The notes under the pieces: generated by a model
Told to the model about the DNA's origin: nothing
Databases searched by the model: none
What the model saw: only the letters and a program-made list of their open reading frames with translations
Shown: positions 45,876-57,300 of the stretch, in pieces
How the letters are laid out: every line of letters starts with the position of its first letter
How positions within the stretch are numbered: position 1 is the stretch's first letter
Assembly (NCBI GenBank): GCA_965112735.1
Contig: OZ218952.1
Span: 2,666,001 to 2,730,000 of the forward strand
DNA from: Phaeosaccion multiseriatum
Lineage: Eukaryota; Protista; Ochrophyta, other classes
Direction: 5' to 3'
Length of the DNA: 64,000 nucleotides
Made by a program: the position numbers and the translations under genes

Positions 45876-48800
45876 TTCTTTGGGCCTCCTCTTCCTCCTC
45901 CTGCTGTCGCTGCTGCTGCTGCTGCTGCTGCCTTCTTTGGGCATCCTCTTCCTCCTCCTGCTGCTGTTGCCTCCTTTGGGCCTCCTCTTCCTCCTGCCGC
46001 TTCCTTTGTGCCCTATACGCCTCCGCCATCTCTTCCTCCTCCTGCTGCTGTCGCTGCTGCTGCTGCTGCTGCTGCCTTCTTTGGGCCTCCTCTTCCTCCT
46101 CCTCCTGTTGTCGCTGCTGCTGCTGCTGCTGCCTTCTTTGGGCATCCTCTTCCTCCTCCTGCTGCTGCTGCCTTCTTTGGGCCTCCTCTTCCTCCTCCTG
46201 CTGCTGCTGTATCACCAACTGCTGCTGCTGCTGCTGCTGCTGCTGCCTTCTTTGGGCATCCTCTTCCTCCTCCTGTTGCTTCTTCTGCATCACCAACTGC
46301 TGCTCCCGGTGCCTCCCCTGGGCCTCTTCCTCCTGCTGCTGCTGTTGTATCAACAACTGCTGCTGCATCCTCCGGGCCTCCTCTTCCTCGTCCTGCTGCT
46401 GCTTCCTCCTATGGGTCTCCTCTTCCTCCTGCTGCTGCTGCTGCTGCTGCTGCCTTCTTTGGGCATCCTCTTCCTCCTCCTGCTGCTGCTGCCTCCTCTG
46501 GGCCTCCTCTTCCTCCTCCGCCTGCTGCTGCCTCCTTTGGGCCTCCTTTTCCTCCTGCCGCCTCCTCTGTGCCCTATACGCCTCCTCCTCCTGCTGCTGC
46601 TGTATCACCAACTGCTGCTGCTGCTGCCTCTTCTGGGCCTCTTCCTCCTGCTGCTGCATCACCAACTGCTGCTGTTGCTGCTGCTCCTGCCGCCCTCTCT
46701 GGGCATCCTCCTCCTCCTCCTCCTGCTGCTGCTGCTCCCGCTGCTGCGCCGTCTGGTGCTGCACCTTCTGCTTCTCCTCCTCCTCCTCCTCCTGCTGCTG
46801 CTGCTGCTGCACCATGACCTTCTGTCGCACCTTCTCCTCGAACTGCCTCCTCGCCTCCATCCTCTCCTCCTCTGTGCTCTGGCGTCGCCCTCGTCCAACT
46901 TTAGGTGCCGGAACTTGAACCTGAGCCCTCCCCTCCTCCTGTCTGCGGCTGTGGCTGGTGTCAGGACTGTGGCGACTGCCGCTCTCCTTCTCCAGCGGGG
47001 CCGCGGTGCCCAGGGGTGTGTGGAGTTGTGACGTCATGGGCGCCATACCCATACCCCTTCCTGCGCTCGTGCTGGGCTTTCTGTTGCCATCCTTTCCATC
47101 GCCAACTGCCAGCGGATGCGGAGGAGGAGGATGAGGAACAGGGGTGCCTCCGAAAGAAGAAGCAAGCGCTCCTCCCGCCCCTCCTGCCCATCCACTGCCA
47201 TCCCCCTCTCCCCCTTCACTGCCATCCCCTCCTGCGACTCCTTCTGCCGCCCCGCGTCCGACCCCTTCGGCAGCCGCACCAGCACCAGCAGTTGGTGATA
47301 CACCAGAAGAAGTCACAGTGACAAAGCCAGTCCCACTACTGCGGATACCCTCCTCCTCACCGCGCCCCGACCCCTCCTCTCTGTCGGTAAGAACATGACT
47401 GTCCAAAAAATTCTCTACATGACTATCAACATGACAGTCCATATGACTGTCCATATCACCTTCCACACGACAGTCCAAAGGACTGGCCCTGTCCCTGTCC
47501 CCCCTCGGCTCTCTTGTCGAAGGCGTTGCTTCCCACCCTTCAGCTTCTCCTCCGTCTCCTCCTCCTCTTCCCCCTTCTCCGTCTCCTCTTCCGTTTCCTC
47601 CTCCTCCTCCTCCCTCTCCTCCCCCTCGTTCTCCTGCTCCTCCTGCTTCTGCTTCTGCTCCTCCTCCTCCTCCTCCTCCTCCTGCTCCTCCTCCATCCCC
47701 TGCTCCTCCTGCTCCTCCTCCTCCTCCTCCTCCTCCTCCATCTCCTCCTCCCCCTCTTCCTCCTGCTGCTCCTCCTCCTGCACGCATACCAACAACCTCT
47801 TGAGAAGGAGGCAACCCTCCTCGCCGACTCTCTTGCTCATCCATTGCCATCACCTTCACACCCACTCGCCCCAGTGGTAATGCGCCGAAGCCGCCGTGCC
47901 CCCCAGGGCGCCCTACTCCAACCCCTGCCCCCCGTTTGGTGCCATCCCCCCCTGCCCCCCATTGACTGCCATCCCTCCTTCCATCATCATCGTCGCCAAC
48001 AATGCCGCAAGCACCAACGTGCGTAGCAGCGCCATCTGTGACCCCGTCGCCTTGGGGCTCATCCCCTCGGAGCCAGTCCTCCCCTTGGGACCGTCTCAGC
48101 GGCCCCCTCTCAGCCTCTTCGCCTCTTCGCTTCCTCTCCTCCTTATCCTCTTCCTTCTCCCATGTTGACCTGCTGCTCCTGCTGTTGTTGTTGTTGTTGT
48201 GGTGGTGGTGGTGGTGGTTATTGCTGCTGCTGCTGCTGCTGCTGCTGGTGTTATCTTGACGGCGCATCTCCTCCCCCGCCACCACCACCTCCACCACCTC
48301 CTCCTCCTCCTCCTCCCATGTCGACCTCCACCTGTTGTTGTTGTTGTTGCTGCTGCTACTGCTGCTACTCCTGCTGCTCTCTTGGGTGCTCTCCTGATGA
48401 CGCATCTCATCCACTTCTTTCCTACCGCCCCGGGACGCCGGCTTCTCCTTGTTGTTGTTACCCTTCTCAGCACCGCCGGACGCCACAAAGCACAAAGACT
48501 CTTGTTCTCTCCCCTTGTAAGGCTTGTAAGGAGATCCTCTTCTTCCCACTGCGTCCGTTGGTGCGTCTGGTGAAATAGGAACGTCGCCAGCTCCTCCCAT
48601 GGCAGGTTCTGTCTCTCTCTGCTGCTGCTGCTGCTGCTGCACGTCCTCCTCGACTCCCGCTTGTACTGCTGCCGCCCATCCTCCACCTCCTCCTCCTCCT
48701 CCTCCTCCTCCTCCTCCTCCCACTACTGCCGAGGCACTCCTACTCAAGGACGAGAAGTCACCACCGAGCCCCATACCAATACCACTACCACCACCGCTCC

Positions 48801-51539
48801 TATCGCTGCTGCCTCTGTGGTGCAGTGACAATTCACTTCCCGTACCCTTTGTCAGCTTGGCCAGCCTCTGCTGCGGGTCCGCCACTGTCTGATAGAGAAT
48901 CTGCCGTGCCGCCTCACTGCCCCCCTCCGCCCTCAAGTCGTCCAGCAAACTCGCCGCCTGCTTCCTCAACTTCTCTGCCGTCCTCGGAGTGGCAGGGCGG
49001 TTGTTATCCAGCCCCGCCATATGTGAGTGATGTATCGCCGCCGCCTTGGACTTGCGTAGTCGCTCTGCGTACTTGAGTGTGTTCATTGTCTCCACGTAAC
49101 TCGCTCGAGCAGGGGAGATGGTGGCAAGCATGGTGGCGTGGGCCCTGCCACCCAGGGCCTCTCTTAGCAGCCAGGTGAGGGTACTCTCTCGATAGGGGAG
49201 ACCGGCAGGCTCTTCTCCCTTGGACAGGCCTTTGATGATGGTGCCCAGGTTGCTCAGAGCCTGTTTGGTTGGTGGTTGGGTTGATGGTGTGTGTGGTTTG
49301 TTGTTGGTATGTTGGTGGGTGTGGGTTGTGATGGGCAGGAAGGAAGCAAGAAGAAAAGGAAGGAGGGACGCGTCGCGTAGGGACGTTAGAGACGGGCAGT
49401 GCCAACGGTGTCCTGTGCTTGGGTTTGAACCTTCTCCTCCTCTTCCCTGATTCCCCCTATCCTCCTCACCCTCTCCATTCTCCTCCTCCTTGTCCCCCCC
49501 CCTCCTCCCCCGCCTCCTCCTCGTCCTTCTCCCCTCCACCTCCACCTCCTCCTCCTCCTCCTGCTCCTTACCTTCTTGATCTGCGCCTGCTCTCTAAGCC
49601 TCTGCGTCACCATCATGGACTCCTCCTTACTCGGACTCGCTCCTCCTCCTCCCCCTCCCCGTCCACTGCCATCCCCGCCGAATGCCCCTCCTCCTCCCCC
49701 CCCCCCACCTCCTCCGCCTCCTGCTCCATCCGTCATCGTCATCATCATCTCCTTCTCGGAGCCCGCCAGATCGATGAGTTGGACCTGTTGACAGCAAAAT
49801 AAGTAAATAAACGAGTTCGTGGGCGAACGCCTGAGCAACGATTTTACCCTTTGGAGACAGAAGAGAGTGGAGACAAGGTGGAGGACACTGACCGTACGGG
49901 GGGGGCTCCCTCCCTCCTCTCCCTCCCCTCCCCTTCCCTTCCCCCCCCCCCCTCTCTCTCCCTCCCTCCCTCCCTCCCTCCGTCCATCGATGAGTTACAA
50001 CACACCTTGGTGAGCCCCTCTCTCGTCTCCACCTCTACGGTAAGTATAGCGTGTCCTCTGCTCGAGGACGCGTTCTCTTGCGTCTCTGCAATGATTCGGT
50101 TTCTGCAGCCGAGACGGACGATGCTCATGATCTGTAACGTTGCGTGTTTGAGTTGGATCCACATCGCACCACCGCCCGGGAGAGGGAGGGGAGGGGTAGG
50201 GAGACAGAGCGAGAGAGAGAGAGAGGGGGGGGGGGGGTGAGTGAAGGTGCATGTGGTCGTGTGTGTTCTCCCCACACAACCTCCTATTGATGTGCTGAAG
50301 ACCCATCCCTTCACTATCCACAGTACTCACTAGCCTGTGCTCCACTATCCACTATCCTAACCCTTTACTCTACCACGTACCCTATACCCACATCCTACAC
50401 CCTCTCCCCATCCACTGCCCATCCCCCCACGTGGTCAGCTGACTCCACTACCAAACCCTATACGCTATCCCCATCCACTGCCATCGCGCACCTGGTCAGC
50501 TGACTCCACTTGAATCGGGTCCAAATGGTCCACGTAGGGACCCATCGTGGGGTGCTCCCGAACCTTGAACTTGTTCGTCTGCGATGCTCCTCCCCCTCCT
50601 CCTCCTCCTCCTCCTCCTCCCCCTCCTCCTCGCCATCCACTGCCATCCCCTCCTCCTCCTCCTCCTCCTCCCTCTCCCCCCTCGTGATTGTAGGGGCTGG
50701 ATCCCGATGATGATAATGAGGAGGAGGAGAAGGAGGAGCTTCCGCCTACCCCACCCCCACCCGTCGGTGTTGTGCTTTGCCCTCCGCCGCCCCCGCTCGG
50801 CCCCATCGCGTTGCTGCTGTTTTCGCTGCCGCTGAGCAAGTCTCGAATCCGCTCATTGTAAATCTCAATGAAGGTGACTGCGAGCGAGGCTATACTCCCT
50901 TGTCGCAGGAGCCGCACAAGCTCAAGACAGATGCGAGGCGTTAGACCCATCCTTGATGAGGCCGAGGGCTGACCCCCCCTCTCCTCCACCCTCTCCGCAT
51001 CGCCTTCCTCGTTCTCCTCCTCCTCCTCCTGCTGCTGCTGCTGCTGCCCTTCCTTCAGCAGCTCATCCATATCACCAAACATACTGTGAGAATTGGGAGG
51101 TAAAGAGGAGAGGAGAGGCGGAGGAGGAGGCGGAGGAGGAGGAGGAGGAGGGGGAGAGGGCGTGAGAGGTGGGGAAGCGAGGTTAGGTAGCAGGGAGAGG
51201 GTAGAGAGAGAGTGGTGACATGAAATGAATTAGCTTGGACGAAACGCATTTGCACTCCCTCTCTTCCTCTGTATCGTATCACCAACTCACTCACGTGTAA
51301 GTCTTGCCACTGCTGGTGTGCCCGTAGGCGAAGCAAGAGCTCTGTAGTCCGTTGAGAGCGTCCGCCACAATACGCCGACCCAGGGTGGCGAAGATAAAGG
51401 CCTGGTCCGCCGCTGAGCGCTGTCGCTGGGCCTTCAGAGCGGCCTGATTCACCCGCATGCTCGCCTTCTTCTTCTTGCCGTTGCTGTTGGTACTATTACT
51501 ACCCTGTGAGCCCGCCCCTGCTCCTCCTCTCTTGCCCCC

Positions 51540-51570
<31 letters not shown>

Positions 51571-54019
51571 ATGGTCGACTGCTGCTCCACCAACTGCTCG
51601 CCCTCCCCCCCCTCCCCCCTCCGCATGGACCAGAACACATGGTCAAAGTCGAATATCCTTGCCCAGTCCCTACTGGCCATGTTAGCCCTCGCTGCCATGG
51701 CCGCCGCCTTGCTCACTGTATCTGCCGAGGCGGTGAACTTGTTGGGATTGCACACCATCACCACGTTGCCACTGCCTGCTGCAGCAGTTGGTAGTACAGG
51801 AGCAGCAGCCTGAGCCTGAGTCTGGCTGTCGCTGTCGTCGTTGCTATCCCCTCCTCCTCCTTCTCCTGCTGCCACTGCTGCTGCTGCTGCTGCCCCTCCT
51901 CTGTCGCCGTCTCCCTCGCACACGACGCTTCTGGACCCCCTCTCGCTCAAGATCATGGGTCGCACACGGACAGCAACCTTCACAGCGTCCTTGTCCTGTG
52001 CATCACCAACACACACACACAGAGAGAGAGAGAGGAGGGGCCAGAGAAGTTGGGTGACGAAACGCACGGCAGCAAGCGAGGAAGCGATCGACCAGCACAA
52101 TGGTGAGAGGAGGCGGGGGAAGAGAGAGTTAGGTGATGTAGTTAGTATATATATATATAAGAGAGATAACGCATGCACACACACGCAGCCGCACGTACGT
52201 ACCCTCCGTCGTTTGTGCGTGGACGCTCCTCCCGCCCCTCCCCTCGGAGGAGTCATCCTTCGCACCGGCGATTGCTCAAAGGGGATGATGCCCCGACGGC
52301 CCGAGGGAGATATCAGACCGCTACTGCTCTTGCTTGCGGTTATGCCGCCACTGCCGCCGCCGCCCATTGTAGAAGGCACTCTCCGGCTGATGCCCGCACC
52401 ACCGCTGCCACTGCCGCTGCCGCTGTTGCTGCCAGGTACGGTGTAGGACAGTCTGCGGTTTCCGCCATCGCCATTGACCACACCACTACCGCCCCCTCCT
52501 CCTCCCCCGGCCTTGGTATGCACACCAGCGCGGACGGAGGAGGAGGAGGAGGAGGAGGAGTTGTTCGCACCTATCGAGGACCTCCGCGGCTGTTGCTGCT
52601 GCAGCTTGGAGAAAGAGGATGACGAGGAGGCACCGCCACTTGCCCCTCCTGGGGAGAAGGCAGAGGAAGCGATGGTGGAGGTGGGGGAGGGTGAAGGCCC
52701 TACCGTGGGAGAGGATGACTCATCCTGCGGTCCGTGATGCTGACCCCCGCTACTACCGGGCAGGCGAGTCGGTGTAGTGGTGGCGGACGTGGCGGATTGC
52801 CGACGCCCCGCGGATCCCTGCTGCTGCCCGTGGGCGGTGGGAGCTTGCAAGTGCCGGCGCTGTGGAGACGCTGCTGGTCCTGCTGGTCCTGCTGCTACCC
52901 CACCCCCATCGACAGCAGTGCCACGCGCCGTGCCGGAGGGCGACGGTGGAGATACTGCTGCAGATTCCATCAGCCCGCTTGTCGCCCTTGGCCCATGAAA
53001 CGTGCTTCTCCTTGCCCCTGCCCTCGCTGCTGGTTCTGGCACTGAAGAAGGGCTGCGGCTAACAGGGCTCGGTGATGCGTCTCCCCCATCTCCCCCTCCA
53101 CTGCTGCCACTGCCACTCGCTCTACGAGGCGTGATGCCTGATGGGCGGCGGGAAGAGGAGCGGCACGAGACGGGGGGAGACGACACGGCAAAGGAAGAAG
53201 AAGCCTCGCTTTTGCCATTGCCACTTCCACATTCACTTTCACCGCTGGCGACAACGCCCTCCCCTGCCCCCACCCCGACAGGATCATCGGCACTGCTGCT
53301 CGCTAGGTGCTTTCCATTTGTATTGCCGGCGGCGGCCGTGGCTGTGGGGATGGCTGCTGGGTCCTTGTCCTCCTCCTCCTCCTCCTCCTCCTCCTCTGCC
53401 TCCTCTTCCTCCGTCCGCCCTTCCTCCCCTCCTTCCCTCTCTGAATAGCCCCCCGCCCCTGCGTCGCCGTTATAGCCGGCTTCCTCTGCCAATACTGTTC
53501 CCTCCAACGTGGAGTCGAGTGGTTCTGTAGCGTCGTCACTGTCTGTGGTGTCTTCCTCTTGATCAGCCTCTTGATTAAAGCTCAGGCTGTCGTCATCAAC
53601 GTCTTTGCTGAACGACTTCTGCTTTGAGAGATTGGAAGTGTTGTGGGCAGGTGCGAAGGGCAATAAAGCGCAATGGTGCGGGAGAAACCATGACGGGTGC
53701 CATCACAAGCAGCAGCGGGGAGGCGGGTGCAGGCATTAGAAGAGAGGGAGGAAAAGGAAAACGCTCCGTCTCTGTTGGATGTTGGCCAATGGTTAAATGA
53801 AGTTGTACGCGACGCCTTCCTAGAGAGGGAAGTGCAACGGCGGTGGTAGCCACAGCAGCTTCACATCTCACGGAACACATACGTCTTCCGCCACCAAAAG
53901 AGGAGAACACTCACCTGGCCGTTGGGGGGCTCCCCATTCATTTCATCGTCGCTCAGTAGGCCCTCAAGTTCTTTGACCTCGCTCACATCCTCCCCCCCCC
54001 CCTCCACTGAGTCTCCCAT
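39729..54019 (-). CDS. Very large kinesin-3-like motor protein with low-complexity inserts and long Q/E coiled-coil tail, multi-exon
   Basis: AVKVAVRVRPM; FDFDHVFWS; FAYGHTSSGKTYTMFG; GLTPRICLEL; FIEIYNERIRDLL; KVREHPTMGPYV; NASSSRGHAI; LIDLAGSE; LPYRESTLTWLLREALGG..MLATISPA..ETMNTLKYA. First exon 54019-53915 splices in frame to 53618. Confidence 0.9.
41290..41550. repeat. 72-bp tandem repeat x3+ at the 5' end of a kinesin intron
   Basis: Unit ccacccacccccctgtcctgacacgcccatgtcctagaccc..tgtcctcacgcccacccat; visible as a 24-aa period in ORF 41264..41869. Confidence 0.95.
45760..46810 (-). repeat. Coding minisatellite (EEEE[D]AQRRQQQQ)n in kinesin tail
   Basis: More than a dozen units built on ctgccttctttgggc(c/a)tcctcttcctcc flanked by (CTG)n. 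Confidence 0.93.
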
Positions 54020-54332
54020 TTCCTGTTGCGCTCCTCCTCCTCCTTCCTCCCTTAATCTCTATATCTGTGCTCGAACGTGCCTTGAGGCCGCCTCGGTGAC
54101 CGCGCAGTTTCAGTTCACCCCCCCTATCGTATCATTTGTGATAAATGATAATCCATTTGGATTTGTAAAGGTAAAGGGAGGGAGGAGTGAGAAGGCCAGA
54201 GACCAGAGGCAGGTGGACTGAGAATACTTTTCACATGGATCTTGGTCCGACGAGGCTGCTCCTTTCAACCAGGAGATGTAGCTGCTGCTGCAGCAGCAGC
54301 GTCAACTGGGAATCCTAACCGTCGAGACCACG

Positions 54333-57300
54333 ATGAAGCTTCGGGTGTTGCTGCCCTCAATCTTGCTCTTCTCTGGAAGATGTGCCTGGGCACGTGCTCA
54401 GACTTCCAAGGAAGACGACGGCAGTAGCAGTAGGGAGGTGCGCATCTCTGGAGCGGGCCGGGCTCGCGCTGACATGCTGGATCGAGGCTTGCATCTGCAC
54501 CAGGCGGGGGACTTGCATGGTGCTGCCGAGTGGTACAATAAGCTGCTGCAGGTAAATAAAAGCACGCATACTAAGGATAGAGATCATCATATCCTTCCTT
54601 TGGGTGGTGGAGTCGAACCTCTGTACACCGTGGGCGGATCTGCGCGCTCCACCCCTTTGGTGCCGAGGGAGGGGAGACGATAGGCCACAGCACCTTGTTA
54701 CGGCGCAGGTCAATGCTGCTGGTGCTGCTGGTGCTCCTGCTTCTGCTCCTGCTTCTACCACCTTGACACCTCGAGGCTTCCCTCCCTGACCTCCCACTCC
54801 CACTCCCACCCAACTCCCGTTTCCATCAACCCCGCGGCAAAGGTGCGACCCTCGGACCCAGACGCCCTCCACTTGCTCGGATTGGTGCAACACAGTCACG
54901 CAGGGACGGCAGAGAGCAAGGGGGAGGGAGAGACCGCTGCTGCCCTGTACGCAGAGGCGGAAAGCATGGTTCGCCGAGCCATAGCGGCCGCTGCTGACAA
55001 CAGGGTGGACCAGCTGACCATGCGCAGGAATTTGGGGGAGGTGCTGAGGGCGAAGGTGAGGGAGGGAGGGAGGGAGGGAGCGAGGGAGCGAGGGAGGGAG
55101 GGAGTGAGTGAGTGAGTGGGTGACAGGGGTGAGGGAGGGGGGGGGGGGAGGGAGCGAGGGAGTGAGTGAGTGAGTGAGTGAGTGGGTGACAGGGGTGAGG
55201 GAGGGGGGGAGGGAGGGAGGGGAGGGAGGGGAGAGGGGAGGGAGAGAGAGGGGGAGGGGGGGAGTGATAAGAGATGGTTCGAGTTGGGTACGCCCATCAT
55301 TAGGTCTCATCCATTACGATAGCCGCACACGCACACCCACACACACACAGTCAGCCTCAGGCATTTCATCACCCTCATCACATGACACCCCTATTGTCTT
55401 TTCATAGAGGAGTGCCACTCATACGCATAGCTCAACTCATACTCGGACTCTTCCCTCCCTCACTCACTCCCTCCCTCACTCCTTCTCTCCCCCCCTTCCT
55501 CCCTCCCTCCCTCCACCCCATCCCTCCCCCCCCCTTCCCTTCTTCCTCCGATCAAAATGATGTGCCAAGGGTGACCTGTCCGGTGCTGAGGCCCTGCTTC
55601 GGGGTATCCTCGACGATGACGCCCTCGCCTCACTGGACTCATCCGAGGGGCGTAACACAGCAAGGTTCAACCTCGCTGTCACCCTCCTCTCGCTGGCCAA
55701 TGTTACACCACCAGGGGGTGGGGGAGAAGCCCAGGCCGAGGGAGAGGGGAAGGGGGAGGGGAGGAGGAGAGAGGCGGCGGCGGAGGAGGAGGAGGAGGAC
55801 GTGCAGCAGAGGCGGGGGGAGGCGGAGCGGCTGTTGAGAGACGTCGTTCAGAGCGACCCCAGCTACTTGGTGAGTGAGTGAGTGAGTGAGGGAGGGAGGG
55901 AGGGAGGGAGGGAAGGAAGGATAGGGTGACAGGCATGCGGAATGAACTGAAACTGAAACTCATATTCACGTTGGCGTGTCACAGGAGGCCCTGCTGGAGC
56001 TTGGGGCTCTGTATAGCCAACGCGAGGCCTATGAGGAAGCCCTGCACGTCTATGAGCAAGCGGTGAGTGAAGCGAGTGGGCAGGGGGGCGTGTGAGTGAG
56101 TGAGTGAGTGAGTGAGTGAGTGAGTGGGTCAGTGAGTGCGTAAGTGTGTCAGTGAGTGAGTGGGTCAGTGAGTGAGTCAGTGAGTCAGTGAGTGAGTCAG
56201 TGAGTCAGTGAGTGAGTGAGTGAGTGAGTGAGTAGGTCAGTGAGTGAGTCAGTGAGTCAGTGCGTGAGTTAGTGAGTGAGTGAGTGAGTCAGTGAGTGAG
56301 TGAGTGAGTGTGTGAGCGAATGGGGTGCGTGGGTGGGTGCGTGGGTAAGTGAGCTGCTGCTACGATACTTGAGAAGAGATCAGTCGTTTTCCGGGCACGA
56401 TGGTAAGAAGTTGGTCGGTTCGAAAAGTGGTGATGACCACGAGTGTGGCTTCCACCCCGTACTGCCCCACTGTCTGACTCTCTCCCCTCCTCCTCCGCCC
56501 GCTCCCCGCCTTCATCCGTCGCCACCCGCCCGCGCTCCTCCCCCCCTGGGACACACTCGCAGGTGTCGCTGAATCCCTCCTCCCTCGACACTATCCTGGA
56601 CCTTTCTGTGGCACACCATCACCTCGGAAACCTGGAGCTGGCCAGAGAAGGCTACCTCACAGTCATACACACACATCAGTTGGTGATACAGGAGCAACAG
56701 CAGGGGCAAGTGCAGCTCGAGAATCAGCTGAGCGCGGAGGGGGGGGATAGTGGTAGTAGTAGCTTTGGTACCTCTCTCCCTCCTCCTCCCCCCTCCTCCT
56801 CCTCCTCCTCCTCCTCCTCCGCCAGTGTTGCCTCTAGCTCTGGCTCTGCTTTTCTGCATGCAATGGTGAACTTCGCCGCTCTGTGTCAGGAGACGCAGGA
56901 CGCAGAGGGGGCCGTCAATATCTACCACGAGGTGAGTTAAATCGACGGTTTCAGCTCATCCTCCACCACCCACCCCCTCGCCATCCCAACCCACCCACTC
57001 CCAGCCTCTAACGGCACTACACTGCCGCACTGCACGACGCCACACTACACTACACCCTACCCCTGACCCTGACCCTGACCCTGACCCTGACCCTGACCCT
57101 GACCCTGACCCTGACCCTGACCCTGGCCCTGATCCTGACCCTGACCCTGACCCTGACCCCAACTTTAACTACCGTAACCACACTACAGGTGCTGCAGGAA
57201 GACCCCTCTAACGTGGTTGTGCTCAACAACTTGGGGGCGGCGCTCATCTCTCTGGGAAGGGCGGAGGCCGGAGCTGAGGTCTTGCAACAGGCCTTGCTGC

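Noticed and set aside
45152-47031. Long + strand ORFs (588, 495, 395 aa; poly-C, L, A)
   Set aside because: Antisense shadows of the kinesin CAG/GAG repeats.
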